Shown one piece after another: positions 19,086 to 29,069 of a DNA stretch of 64,000 nt (positions within the stretch are counted from its first letter, which is position 1; every line of letters starts with the position of its first letter). The DNA comes from an uncultured candidate division Zixibacteria bacterium (GTDB taxonomy: Bacteria; Zixibacteria; MSB-5A5; GN15; FEB-12): assembly GCA_963806185.1 (NCBI GenBank), contig CAWDXE010000007.1, forward strand, positions 320,001-384,000. The letters are read 5' to 3'. The notes beneath the pieces were generated by a model. It saw nothing but the letters and a program-made list of their open reading frames with translations, did no database searches and was not told the DNA's origin. A program made the position numbers and the translations under genes.

Positions 19086-19813
19086 TGCGATTGGCACTAT
19101 TATCGGATATTCATGCCAATCTGGAAGCACTTCAGGGCGTGCTCCGGGATTGCGAGTCCCAGCAGCTCGACAAAATCTGCTGTCTCGGCGACGTGGTCGG
19201 CTATGGCTGTGATCCCGCCGAATGCCTGGCGCTAGTGCAGCAGAGCTGCTCGATCGTGCTCATGGGCAATCATGAGTTTGCCGTACTGGGCAAGCTTTCT
19301 CATGAGACCATGAATCAGGTGGCGCGCCATTCCCTGGCCGTCACCAAAACTCAACTGGTCGATCGTCACCTGGCGTATCTTGACAGCCTTCCGTTCACGG
19401 CCGTGCTTGACGACGTCCTGCTGGTGCATGCCTCTCCTCACGAACCGGAGCGCTGGCACTACATCCTGTCGCTCCCCGCGGCTGTCTGCGGTTTTGAAGC
19501 GTTTACCGAGCGGATGGCGTTTTTCGGACACACGCATTTGCCGACGATTTTCTCGGCTTCGTCCGACGGCGAGCATCATGCCCGCACCGGCCATTCTTTC
19601 GATCCCGATGAAGATTCCAGATACCTTGTCAACGTCGGCTCCGTCGGGCAGCCGCGCGATGATGATCCCCGAGCCTGCTATGTGGTGTACGACACCGAAG
19701 CGGCCGAAATTAGTTATCGTCGGGTGGAATACGATTTCCGCCTGACCCAGCAAAAAATGGCCAAGGCCGATATCCCCCAGGTGCTCATTGATCGGCTGAA
19801 GGTCGGCCGGTAG
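19085..19813 (+). CDS. Calcineurin-like metallophosphoesterase
   Basis: SDIHAN, LGDVVGYG, GNHE, GHTH and NVGSVGQPRD motifs; TAATG coupling to the FHA gene. Confidence 0.92.
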   Translation: MRLALLSDIHANLEALQGVLRDCESQQLDKICCLGDVVGYGCDPAECLALVQQSCSIVLMGNHEFAVLGKLSHETMNQVARHSLAVTKTQLVDRHLAYLDSLPFTAVLDDVLLVHASPHEPERWHYILSLPAAVCGFEAFTERMAFFGHTHLPTIFSASSDGEHHARTGHSFDPDEDSRYLVNVGSVGQPRDDDPRACYVVYDTEAAEISYRRVEYDFRLTQQKMAKADIPQVLIDRLKVGR

Positions 19814-19823
19814 GAGATTCGTC

Positions 19824-22295
19824 ATGAGAAAGTACGCCGCAAATATCATTTACTTGTTGCTGTCCATCTTCGTGGTGGTGCTCTACATGAACGATTTCGG
19901 GCCGGTACACCGCGCCCAGCGATCGATGAACGATTGGCTTTGCAAGGTGACGGCGTCCGAAGACCAGTCGCCGAACGTGGCGATCGTATCCATAGATGCC
20001 CGCGCCCAGAAGCAGTTCGGCGCCTGGCCCTGGAACTACGACCGCGTCGCCGACCTGGTCGCGGCTACCGCGGGAGCGGAGGCCAAAGCGATCGTTCTTG
20101 ATTTCCCGTTGAATGAGAACTCCGCTCAGGACTCGGCCGGCAATACGCGTATTTTGGCCGGGCAACTTTCCTGGGCCAAGCAGTCCGTCCTCCAGTATGA
20201 CGTGGCCCTGGCCACGTATCGCACTACCAAAACGTCCAATCCGAAGTTCCTCTTCACCAACTCGATCGGTGTCGACAATCCGCTGGGCGAATTGGGCGAT
20301 CACAGCAGTCTGCAATGCCGGAGGATCTTCCTTCCCGCCGAGAAACTGCTTGATGCCGGGTCAAAACTGGGATTCGATTACGACGCTCCTGATGACGACG
20401 GCACGCTGCGGGGACATTCGCTCTTCATGCATTATGAAGGGTATTACTATCCGTCTATGGCGTTGGCTGCGGCGGCACAGTTCCTGAATATCCCGCAGGA
20501 CCAGATCAAAATCAGGGATGGTGAGTTCATTCAACTTGGTTCGCAGCGAACCATTCCAATAGACCATAACGGCCAGTACTTCATTCGCTTCTCCGACGGG
20601 AATCCGTTCGTGACCTATTCAGCGGCCGACGTTCTATCCAACGGCTTTGAGTTCTCCCATCTGAAGGGAAAAGTAGTGCTCATCGGCCCGGATGCCGGTG
20701 ACGAACAGGAGATTTTCAGAACCTCGACCTACCCAACGGTCCCTGCGATTCAGGTTAAGGCCACAGTCATAGACAATATCATTAATGGTCGCATGATTCA
20801 GATTCGCGACAATGTGTCGAGCGCCCAGATGCTGATTATGTTCTTGCTGGGCGGAATTGCCGCCTTTGTGCTGCCCAAGGTTTCATCGACATTTCGCCAG
20901 GTCGTTCTCCTGGGCGGTCTGGTGGTACTTGCGAACGTCGCCTTCTTGATGCTCAGCTCCATGAATACACTGACCGATTTTGCCTTCATCGGACTCGAAT
21001 TGATCCTCTTTATGATAGCGTCGCCGTTTATAGACGCCCAGATGGTCACGGGCGAAATCGCGGCCCCCAAGGCCGACAAGCATCGGACTCCCAAGCTCAG
21101 CCGCGAGGATATGAATCGACCGATCCCCGTGCGCGAACTGAAATCACGTCCTACTGATGCCGAATATGAGCGCACCGCTGTGCTCGGCCCGGACAATTCT
21201 GTTCAGGGACCGTCGGATAAAACATCCGCCAATCAACCGTACGATCATCAGACGCTCTCAGCTGACGTCGACCTGTCCTCCGACCAAGGCGGCGGAAGCG
21301 ACTCCGGTCGTGTAAAAGGTTCTGCTCAGCCGAATCCGGATTGGGAAGACCCCTCTGCCATTAATCTGCCTGATGATGAACAGGAGAGCGCTCCGCGGCC
21401 AAGCGGCCCTTCGCCGCTTTCCGACAGCGACCGCCTCGGCGGCATGCCATTGACTGAAATCAAGAGCCTCGGCCGCTACCAGATCATCGGCACCCTCGGC
21501 AAAGGCGCCATGGGGCTCGTCTATAAGGGAATCGACCCGGCCATCAACCGCCCCGTTGCTCTCAAGACCATTCGCCTGGACTTTGTCAACGATCCCACGG
21601 AGATGGAAGAACTGCGCGAACGCCTGCACCGCGAAGCACAGGCGGCCGGCAAGCTGTCCCATCCGAATATCGTGACGATCTACGACGTCGGTTCCGAAGG
21701 CTTCCTGCAGTACATTGCCATGGAATACCTCGAAGGTCAGACGCTCGAGGATATGATCAAGAAGAAAACCAAGTTCAATTACAAGATCATCGCCCAGATC
21801 ATCACCCAGATCTGCATGGCGCTCGACTATGCTCACGAACGAGGCATCGTGCATCGTGACATTAAGCCGGCCAATATCATGGTGCTGAAGGATTACAGCG
21901 TCAAGGTAATGGATTACGGCATTGCTCGCATCGACTCCAACTCGATGACCAAGACCGGCGTCGCCATGGGGACGCCGAACTACATCTCGCCGGAACAACT
22001 CCGCGGTCTCACCATCGATCGTCGCGCCGATCTCTTCTCACTCGGCGTAGTAATGTACGAGATGCTGATCGGCCGCAGACCCTTCCGCGGCGAGAATATC
22101 ACATCGCTGATTTATTCGATTCTGAACAATGATCCGGAAAAGCCGTCGAATATTAATCCGCAGATTCCGCTCCTTTTTGATCACGTGATCATGAAGGCTC
22201 TGCGCAAGGACCCCAGCGAGCGGTACCAGCGGGCTTCAGAGGTGACCAACGAACTGGCAGAATTTGTCACGTCGTTTGCGCCCAAGCCTCGCTGA
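19824..22295 (+). CDS. CHASE2-domain membrane Ser/Thr protein kinase
   Basis: VAIVSID, WPW and KGKVVLIG (CHASE2); 3 TM; kinase motifs LGKGAMG, VALK, HRDIKPAN, DYG, GTPNYISPE. Confidence 0.92.
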   Translation: MRKYAANIIYLLLSIFVVVLYMNDFGPVHRAQRSMNDWLCKVTASEDQSPNVAIVSIDARAQKQFGAWPWNYDRVADLVAATAGAEAKAIVLDFPLNENSAQDSAGNTRILAGQLSWAKQSVLQYDVALATYRTTKTSNPKFLFTNSIGVDNPLGELGDHSSLQCRRIFLPAEKLLDAGSKLGFDYDAPDDDGTLRGHSLFMHYEGYYYPSMALAAAAQFLNIPQDQIKIRDGEFIQLGSQRTIPIDHNGQYFIRFSDGNPFVTYSAADVLSNGFEFSHLKGKVVLIGPDAGDEQEIFRTSTYPTVPAIQVKATVIDNIINGRMIQIRDNVSSAQMLIMFLLGGIAAFVLPKVSSTFRQVVLLGGLVVLANVAFLMLSSMNTLTDFAFIGLELILFMIASPFIDAQMVTGEIAAPKADKHRTPKLSREDMNRPIPVRELKSRPTDAEYERTAVLGPDNSVQGPSDKTSANQPYDHQTLSADVDLSSDQGGGSDSGRVKGSAQPNPDWEDPSAINLPDDEQESAPRPSGPSPLSDSDRLGGMPLTEIKSLGRYQIIGTLGKGAMGLVYKGIDPAINRPVALKTIRLDFVNDPTEMEELRERLHREAQAAGKLSHPNIVTIYDVGSEGFLQYIAMEYLEGQTLEDMIKKKTKFNYKIIAQIITQICMALDYAHERGIVHRDIKPANIMVLKDYSVKVMDYGIARIDSNSMTKTGVAMGTPNYISPEQLRGLTIDRRADLFSLGVVMYEMLIGRRPFRGENITSLIYSILNNDPEKPSNINPQIPLLFDHVIMKALRKDPSERYQRASEVTNELAEFVTSFAPKPR

Positions 22296-22308
22296 AGTCA
22301 TGAAAAGG

Positions 22309-22340
22309 AAAAACGCCCTGCACCTGCAGGGCGTTTTTTT
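22309..22340. terminator. Bidirectional intrinsic terminator
   Basis: aaaaacgccctgca-cc-tgcagggcgttttt between convergent genes. Confidence 0.85.
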
Positions 22341-22360
22341 GTTCCGGACAATAATGCCTT

Positions 22361-24400
22361 CTACCAGATGCTGATCTTCTGATCGGCTTGACGCATCATT
22401 TTGGAATCGGCGGTGCAGCCAAAGGCCTGCTCGAACTCCGCCGAATTCGAGAGCGGGCCCAGCACGCGGAATTCGTCCGGTGAATGCGGGTCGGTCTGCA
22501 CCTGTACCTTGATCGTCTGCGGACGGAACTGGCCGCGCCAGGCCGCGGCATAGGCAAGGAAGAAGCGCTGTTCCGGTGTGAAACCGTCGATCTTCGGCTG
22601 CGGCTTACCGGCCAGTTGTTTCTCGAGCGCATAGTACGCCACCTTCACGCCGCCCAGGTCGCCAATGTTCTCACCAAGCGTGAGCTGACCATTGACGTGC
22701 AGTGAGTCCACCGCGATATACTCGTTGAACTGCTCAACCAGCTTCTGCGTGAGACTGTCAAATACTTTGCGGTCGACCTCGGTCCACCAGCTCGACAAGT
22801 TACCGTCGGCGTCGTACTGACTACCTTCGTCGTCGAAGCCGTGGGATATCTCGTGACCGATCACCGCGCCCATGGCGCCATAGTTGGACGCATCGTCCGC
22901 GTCGGGGTCGAACATCGGCGGCTGCAGTATGGCAGCGGGGAAGACGATCTCGTTCATCAGCGGATTGTAGTACGCGTTGATCGTCTGCGGCGTCATACCC
23001 CATTCGGTCCGATCCACCGGCTGGCCGATCTTGTTGAGCTGGCGATGAAATTCAAAATTGCGCGCCCGGCGAATATTATCGTAATACGACTCCCGACCGA
23101 CCGTCAGCGCGGAGTAATCGCGCCACTTGTCCGGATAGCCGATCTTGTAGTTGAACTTCGCCAGTTTGGCAAGCGCTTTCTGCTTGGTCTCCGGACCGAG
23201 AAAAGGAGCCTGATTGATGCGGTCCTTCATAGCCGCGAGCAGGTTCTTCACCATCTCCTCGGCTTTCTGTTTGGCGCGTGGGGGGAAGGCTTTTTCGACA
23301 TACGTCTGTCCCAGTACTTCACCCAGCGCGAAGTCGGTGGCAGCCTGAACGCGTTTCCAGCGATCACGAATCTGCTGACTGCCGCGAAGCGTCTTGGCGT
23401 AGAAGTCGAAATCCTCATTCACAAAGTCAGTACTGAGCGTCGCCGCCGCGCCGTGAATCAAATGCCAGCGGAAATAGGCCTGCCAGTTGTCGGCCGATAC
23501 CTCGCCCAGCATCTTGTTCATTTCGGCAAAAAACTTCGGGTGGGCGAAGGAGAACGATGCCAGTTGCGGCTCATTGATCGCCGTCAGATAATTGGTCCAA
23601 CTGAAGTTCGGCGTCTGGGTGTCGGCTTCCTTCACCGTGATATAATTGTACCAGGTATTCGGATCACGCTGTTCGACCGCCGTGAGCGAAGCGTTCGCGA
23701 GGCGGGTTTCCATCTGTAAGACCGCGTCGGCATCGGCCTTGGCCTTTTCGTCAGGTTCACCCACCAGCGTAAACATGTTGGCCATGTGAACGACATACTT
23801 GTCGCGAAGCTGCTTGGACTCGTCGTCCGTGCGGGTGTAATAGTCGCGATCCGGCAATCCTAACCCGCTCTGCGTCGCATAGAGGATGATCTGAGTGGAA
23901 TTCTTCATGTCCTGATCCGCGCCGACGTCAAAAACAAACGGCATGCCCTTCGCGTGAGATTCGCCGATGAATTTCACGACGTCGGCTTCGGATTTCAACG
24001 CCGCGATGCGGGCCAGTTCCGGTTCGAGCGGTTTGTAACGGTCGGCCTCGATTTTCACCGTGTCCATGGCCACGCTATAGAAGTCGCCGATTTTCTGACG
24101 CGGCGTACCTGGTTTGGCGGTCTTGTCGGCCGCGGCTTCATCAAGAATGGCGTGCAGGGTGTTCAGGTTCTTTTCGTACATCACGTACGACAATCCCCAG
24201 CCATTGTACTGGGGCGGAATCGGATTGCCGGCCAGCCACGGGCCATTGACATACTGCCAGAAATTGTCGCACGGGCTGACTTTGGCGTCGTACACTGACG
24301 GGTCCACGATCTTGTCGTTTTGCGCGAGAGCGGCTGTGGCGGCCACCAGTGAGGCGGCGACAATAACTGCGCTCGCAAGGCGAATGAACTGCTGTCTCAT
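22361..24400 (-). CDS. M13 family zinc metallopeptidase (PepO/neprilysin-like), exported
   Basis: INAYY, HEISHGFDD, GENIGD and DPHSP motifs; signal peptide. Confidence 0.96.
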   Translation of the reverse strand: MRQQFIRLASAVIVAASLVAATAALAQNDKIVDPSVYDAKVSPCDNFWQYVNGPWLAGNPIPPQYNGWGLSYVMYEKNLNTLHAILDEAAADKTAKPGTPRQKIGDFYSVAMDTVKIEADRYKPLEPELARIAALKSEADVVKFIGESHAKGMPFVFDVGADQDMKNSTQIILYATQSGLGLPDRDYYTRTDDESKQLRDKYVVHMANMFTLVGEPDEKAKADADAVLQMETRLANASLTAVEQRDPNTWYNYITVKEADTQTPNFSWTNYLTAINEPQLASFSFAHPKFFAEMNKMLGEVSADNWQAYFRWHLIHGAAATLSTDFVNEDFDFYAKTLRGSQQIRDRWKRVQAATDFALGEVLGQTYVEKAFPPRAKQKAEEMVKNLLAAMKDRINQAPFLGPETKQKALAKLAKFNYKIGYPDKWRDYSALTVGRESYYDNIRRARNFEFHRQLNKIGQPVDRTEWGMTPQTINAYYNPLMNEIVFPAAILQPPMFDPDADDASNYGAMGAVIGHEISHGFDDEGSQYDADGNLSSWWTEVDRKVFDSLTQKLVEQFNEYIAVDSLHVNGQLTLGENIGDLGGVKVAYYALEKQLAGKPQPKIDGFTPEQRFFLAYAAAWRGQFRPQTIKVQVQTDPHSPDEFRVLGPLSNSAEFEQAFGCTADSKMMRQADQKISIW

Positions 24401-24484
24401 GCTCTGTGTCCTCTATCCCTTTTCTCTATCGATTCTATCGACCGACGGTGAATCCGCCCGTCGATTGTAACCATAAGTCTATAA

Positions 24485-24509
24485 TACGAACGAGAGATAG
24501 GAATTGTTC
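24485..24509 (-). promoter_or_regulatory. ECF sigma-type promoter GAAC-N17-CGTA upstream of the M13 peptidase
   Basis: Minus strand reads cGAACaattcctatctctcgttCGTAt, about 85 bp upstream of the ATG. Confidence 0.4.
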
Positions 24510-24554
24510 GAGAGAAAGTCAACCGATCGGCCGATGGTTCTGACGGCCCCATGA

Positions 24555-25073
24555 TTAGTGCGCACTGCCGATTTCGGCCAGTAGCCTGTCGAGATCAAGC
24601 GGCAAGTTGACCAGATCGTATGATCCGTCCGGGTTTTTCGGCCATTGGTCTTTCGGACGGTCGCAATAGAGTTCGATACCGTTATAGTCGGGGTCGTGAA
24701 TATAGATCGCTTCGCTGGCCCCGTGATCGGCGGCGCCGTCAATCGGCCACCGATTATCGACCAGCCGTTTCAGCGCGGTTGCGAGCGCCGTTCGAGAGGG
24801 ATAGAGGAAAGCCACGTGAAATAATCCGGTGCTCGTTTTGGGCGGGGGAGAGCCGCCCAGGCTCTGCCAGGTGTTGAGTCCGACATGATGATGGTACCCT
24901 CCGGCCGACAGGAATGCTGCCTGATTGCCCATGCGGGCTACCACTTCAAAGCCGAGCACGCGGGTGTAGAAATCGATCGCTCTCGGCAAGTCGGCAACTT
25001 TCAGATGAATGTGCCCAACGCGCGCTTGCGGATCGATCGGGTCGGGTTTCCTGTCGTTTTGCGACTCGCTCAT
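24555..25073 (-). CDS. VOC/glyoxalase family protein (single-domain CatE-like)
   Basis: GHIHLKV, AGGYHHHVGLNTW, GLFHVA and DHGASEAIY motifs. Confidence 0.9.
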   Translation of the reverse strand: MSESQNDRKPDPIDPQARVGHIHLKVADLPRAIDFYTRVLGFEVVARMGNQAAFLSAGGYHHHVGLNTWQSLGGSPPPKTSTGLFHVAFLYPSRTALATALKRLVDNRWPIDGAADHGASEAIYIHDPDYNGIELYCDRPKDQWPKNPDGSYDLVNLPLDLDRLLAEIGSAH

Positions 25074-25121
25074 GCCGCAATATATGGACACCTCTGGTCG
25101 ATTGTAAAGCGGGCTGCCGGT

Positions 25122-25808
25122 CTAATCTCCGGTAGGCGTTGGGCGGAACTCCGCGACCAGACTCGACTGGTCCACCTCGCTCAGCCGACATTGGACGCCG
25201 GCCTGCTGCGCCAGACGCTGGAATTCTTCACCCGTCGCGGTGCGAGCCGTGAAGCCGTCGGTGCAGGCGATGATGCCGTTGCCAGTTTTTTGATAGTCGA
25301 TCGGCCCGACCAGTCCGGCAGCCGACTGAGCTTCGAACCAGGCGAGACGATCGTTCCAGAACGCGGGGGAGTAGGTCGAAAAATAGACTGCGCCGTCTGG
25401 TGTGACAACCCGAAGGCATTCATTGAGCATGGTCAGCGGTTCGATCTTGAACGCAGAAATGCCGTTTTGCAGGCAGAAGAGGCGGTCAAATGAATTGGGA
25501 CGGAACGCGAGCCGGCCGGCATCCATGCACACTAATTCAAAAGGGCGATCTGGCCCGTATTCGGCACAGCCGAATTGCAGGCTGACTTCTGAGGTATCGA
25601 TTCCAACTGCTAACTCGCAGGCGGAAGAAAGAGATGCCAGAATCCTGCCGTAACCGCAACCCAGTTCGAGAATGGTGTCCGTGGGTTGAATCACCGAACG
25701 GGCGTAATCGATTTCCGCCTGCAGATACTGGCGTACCCGGGGCGGGGCAAGTTCGTAGCAGCGCTTGAGTCGCTCGCCTGCCAGACCTGCTTTGTAGTAA
25801 CCGGACAT
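25122..25808 (-). CDS. Class I SAM-dependent methyltransferase
   Basis: Motif I ILELGCGYGR; GIDTS; NSFD. Confidence 0.88.
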   Translation of the reverse strand: MSGYYKAGLAGERLKRCYELAPPRVRQYLQAEIDYARSVIQPTDTILELGCGYGRILASLSSACELAVGIDTSEVSLQFGCAEYGPDRPFELVCMDAGRLAFRPNSFDRLFCLQNGISAFKIEPLTMLNECLRVVTPDGAVYFSTYSPAFWNDRLAWFEAQSAAGLVGPIDYQKTGNGIIACTDGFTARTATGEEFQRLAQQAGVQCRLSEVDQSSLVAEFRPTPTGD

Positions 25809-25832
25809 GGACGCACTTCCGCAAGATCGTTG

Positions 25833-26393
25833 TTATTCCGGTGAATCGTATTCTTCTTCGCTATCGGGGGAGTAAACGCGAACCAGCGTCATATGCTCAG
25901 TGGCATCAGCATAACAGCCGACCAGCTGCACCGTGTCCTGAGATATGCTTTCAACCTCGTACGAAAACTTCATGTCTCCGTCGACTCGCAAATAGTAGAC
26001 GGGTTCACCGGGGTTGCAGCGCGATTCATCCAGCGCCAGCTCATAGGTGGCCTCCACCGGGACTGAGGTCGTCGTGTCGTCGACCCAATGCTCAGACTCA
26101 AGTGTCCCGTTGGGATTAAATGTCCAATAGGTCTCCAGTGGATTGCCGTTCGCGTCGACGCGGGAGTCGAGCCAGGTGCCGACCAGCCCTCCCTCGACAT
26201 AATCCGGTTGGGGTGGTTCTGGAGGGGGCTGACGGTCATCCGGGCCGCCGACGTAGAGGAATACGCAGGAGGTTGTGAGCAATCCGCTCACGATAGCCAC
26301 AATCCAAAGCGCTCTAATGATGAACAACGAAAACTGTCGCGGCGAATGGCGTAGCATCCTGAGTAATGACGAGAAACGAGACGGCAATATCAA
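25833..26393 (-). CDS. Hypothetical lipoprotein (lipocalin-like beta-barrel); start uncertain
   Basis: Lipobox-like LLTTSC, Pro-rich linker, LVGTW and WTFNPNGT. Confidence 0.55.
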   Translation of the reverse strand: MILPSRFSSLLRMLRHSPRQFSLFIIRALWIVAIVSGLLTTSCVFLYVGGPDDRQPPPEPPQPDYVEGGLVGTWLDSRVDANGNPLETYWTFNPNGTLESEHWVDDTTTSVPVEATYELALDESRCNPGEPVYYLRVDGDMKFSYEVESISQDTVQLVGCYADATEHMTLVRVYSPDSEEEYDSPE

Positions 26394-26426
26394 GAAATAA
26401 CCGCTATGGCGTAGTCCGGAAATGCG

Positions 26427-26861
26427 TCAGAGCCGGCCGAATAACCGGACAATTCCCCGATGAAACGAGTGCAGGCCGGTCACGCGCCCTGCGTACATGA
26501 GTATGCACTTGCCGCTGACTGTCTGGAGCCCCTTGGCCTGTGCCTTAGCTGCCGCCGTCGAAAAATCCTTCCCCTGTTGAAACCACAAATGGGTAAGGCC
26601 GGCTTTCGCAGCATCGTCAACGACACTTTCAGCCACTGCCGGAGCGACGGCGATGATCGCCGTCTTCACCCCTTTCGGGATCGCCAGAAGGCTGGCAAAA
26701 CAGGGGTCGCCGTCGAATGTCTGGCGGGTCGGATGGACAGGGTAGACGGCCAGCCCACGCTCTTTGAGCGTCTTGTAGATCGCGCCGCCGAATGCCTTGT
26801 CCGATACGCCGACGACGGCGAAGGCATGTTGGGCGGATATCTCCGCGATGGTTGCATTCAT
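26427..26861 (-). CDS. CoA-binding protein (YccU-like)
   Basis: AVVGVS, VYPVHP, LWFQQG and GKCILM motifs. Confidence 0.88.
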   Translation of the reverse strand: MNATIAEISAQHAFAVVGVSDKAFGGAIYKTLKERGLAVYPVHPTRQTFDGDPCFASLLAIPKGVKTAIIAVAPAVAESVVDDAAKAGLTHLWFQQGKDFSTAAAKAQAKGLQTVSGKCILMYAGRVTGLHSFHRGIVRLFGRL

Positions 26862-26914
26862 ACCAATCGTAACCTCAATTGATTTGCAGGGTCCGCAATG
26901 GACCCATCCGCATG

Positions 26915-27349
26915 CTATTCCTTTGCTGCCTGTAATCGACACCAGGCATAGAGCGCGTCGTAGACATCGAACTGGTGTTGTAGGTTTTCCTCGTCGCCAG
27001 GAAAGCGAAGGCTGAATCCTACGGCTATGGCTTCCAGGCCGGTTGCTACCGGATCGGTGGCCAAATCTTCGTCGATGTCGGCGGCGTGAACAATGCGCGC
27101 TAGTCGCAGTAATGCCTTGTCTTTCAGTTCATACGCGTGGATGATCGATTCAAAGGAACAGCGGCCATCGACGTGTCCCAATTTCACGCCGGGGATGTCG
27201 AATGGAATGGCGTTTTCGGCCTCGGCTCTTGTCTTCACATGCGCAGCTGCGACAAAGAGAAACTCGGCCTCGCTGTCAATGAATCTTGCAATTAACCAGG
27301 GGCAGGCGATCCGATCGACATGAACATGGGAACGAGTGATCCATTTCAT
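26915..27349 (-). CDS. Chromate resistance protein ChrB C-terminal domain (standalone)
   Basis: MKWITR..VHVDRIACPWLIARFID, CSFE and YDALYAWC motifs. Confidence 0.88.
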   Translation of the reverse strand: MKWITRSHVHVDRIACPWLIARFIDSEAEFLFVAAAHVKTRAEAENAIPFDIPGVKLGHVDGRCSFESIIHAYELKDKALLRLARIVHAADIDEDLATDPVATGLEAIAVGFSLRFPGDEENLQHQFDVYDALYAWCRLQAAKE

Positions 27350-27876
27350 TCCGATTCTTCCTTCGGCTTAGTTCTGTGGTCAAGATACTCACTTTCGAGC
27401 ATTCCATACCAGAGCAAATCGTGAAATTTCCCTGAGATCAGCATGGCCTCGCGCATTGAACCCTCGTAGACGAAGCCCAGCCACTTGATCATACGCTCGG
27501 AGCGTTCGTTGCCCCGGATCACGACCGCCACCACTCGGTGAAGGTGCAGTTCGCGAAAGGCATAGTCAAGCATCGTGCGTGACACGCTGGTACCGATACC
27601 CTTTCCCCAGACGCTGACCTCGCCAATGACCATGGCTATTTCGCATTTCCGGCTCTGCTCGTCGATTGACTCGACTGCGGCGTAGCCGACTGGGCTATCG
27701 AGATACATGATGACCTTAACCCAGACCTTGGGTTTGGCTTTGACCCGTTCGAACCATGACTCGACTTCAGGGCGAGTCTTGAGCCGGTCGGAGAGGTAGC
27801 AATTGACAGTCGGATCGGATCGCCAGGTAGCGACGGGATCAAGGTCGTCGGTGATCATATCGCGAAGGGTGAGCAT
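27346..27876 (-). CDS. GNAT N-acetyltransferase, RimJ/RimL type
   Basis: WGKGIGT, YAFRELHLHRV, N.RS and GFVYEG motifs. Confidence 0.9.
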   Translation of the reverse strand: MLTLRDMITDDLDPVATWRSDPTVNCYLSDRLKTRPEVESWFERVKAKPKVWVKVIMYLDSPVGYAAVESIDEQSRKCEIAMVIGEVSVWGKGIGTSVSRTMLDYAFRELHLHRVVAVVIRGNERSERMIKWLGFVYEGSMREAMLISGKFHDLLWYGMLESEYLDHRTKPKEESE

Positions 27877-27920
27877 AGATTATCGTGCCGATTACGGTCA
27901 CGCCATGGATCGGCATGTCG

Positions 27921-28835
27921 CTACCGATTCGCCTCAATCCTGTGTTGTTCAAAAATCCGTCTAAGCTCTTCGCTGTATTTCTCTTCTGGGCGCAACTTTC
28001 CCGACATCAGGAGTGAAGATTGAATCAACCAGACTGCCGTCATTAGGTAAATTGTACTTTTAGATTCGTCAATAGATCGAATTGGTGCCATTACCGGGAC
28101 ACCATCGTACTGCTCTATGGCCTGCTCGGAATTGCGACCATGAGTTGATTCGGATGCGTGACGATAGTAAATCACGTACTCGGACGGTCTCCTAAGGCAT
28201 TTCGATAATTCGAAGAAGTCCTTCGGCCCTTGGTCAATTTGGTACCAGTATCTGATACCTCGAGGTTTCTCAAATTGCGCTGTGATATCGCGGAACTTTG
28301 GTTTTCTGAGCACACGCTCATAAGCCTCAAGCTGCGCAGCCAAGTCCTTAGTCCCTGATTCGAAGTTGAAAGTGGGACCGAAAAATCGATCTGATTTAAC
28401 TTGTTCGCGAAAAAGCCGCCCGCGGTCAGTTGACTCATCAATTGTCTCGACAAACCGCTTTCGTTCGAGCAAGCTACCAACCATCCACGCTGTAGATCGC
28501 AATTCGAACTTCTCTTGGAGCATGAATTCTATCGATAGTGTGGATTCATGCAGACTACGGAAAAGCGGAGCAGTTGCAGCGAAACATCCTTGAGAAGCCA
28601 AGGCTTCAATTCCATCCGCTATTTGTATAGAATGGTAGTAGAGGTGAATTAGTGACGAAGGAGTCCCATCCACTCCGCTGAGCGACTTCTCGCAACGAAC
28701 TAACAAGTGCGTGGAGCAGTTAACAATGTCTTGAAGATACGGGCCGTATTTGTCTAAGAGTGCCGTGCTACTGATTATGGAGAGATCGCGGTCTAGGATT
28801 GAGGGAAGTGCGTGGTAGATCAGACTCTTTTTCAT
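27921..28835 (-). CDS. Hypothetical protein (DUF5677-like), AT-richer than its neighbours
   Basis: 304-aa ORF; RSLHE and Y..AS..THG motifs recall DUF5677; lies directly 3' of tRNA-Arg. Confidence 0.65.
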   Translation of the reverse strand: MKKSLIYHALPSILDRDLSIISSTALLDKYGPYLQDIVNCSTHLLVRCEKSLSGVDGTPSSLIHLYYHSIQIADGIEALASQGCFAATAPLFRSLHESTLSIEFMLQEKFELRSTAWMVGSLLERKRFVETIDESTDRGRLFREQVKSDRFFGPTFNFESGTKDLAAQLEAYERVLRKPKFRDITAQFEKPRGIRYWYQIDQGPKDFFELSKCLRRPSEYVIYYRHASESTHGRNSEQAIEQYDGVPVMAPIRSIDESKSTIYLMTAVWLIQSSLLMSGKLRPEEKYSEELRRIFEQHRIEANR

Positions 28836-28870
28836 TGCATTCCCGAGCGGATATTACCCCATGATAAAAA

Positions 28871-28944
28871 TACCCCCGGCAGGATTCGAACCTGCTACCC
28901 TCTGCTTAGAAGGCAGATGCTCTATCCGAATGAGCTACGGGGGC
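28871..28944 (-). tRNA. tRNA-Arg(TCT), CCA not encoded
   Basis: GCCCCCGTAGCTCA...TCTGC-CT-TCT-AA-GCAGA...GGTTCGAATCCTGCCGGGGGTA folds as a cloverleaf. Confidence 0.97.
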
Positions 28945-29069
28945 ATCCTCGGACTCGTGATCACCCACAAGATATTCCCGCCCCACCGCAGGGGCAATAG
29001 AAAAGGGCGCACTGATGGCGTGGGATCTCGAACTCTTGAATTGACGCCATCCAATGGTATATTCCACCC

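Noticed and set aside
24555..28835. Integron cassette array
   Set aside because: Gene types fit, but spacers are short or overlapping, lack RYYYAAC/GTTRRRY attC cores, and there is no intI.
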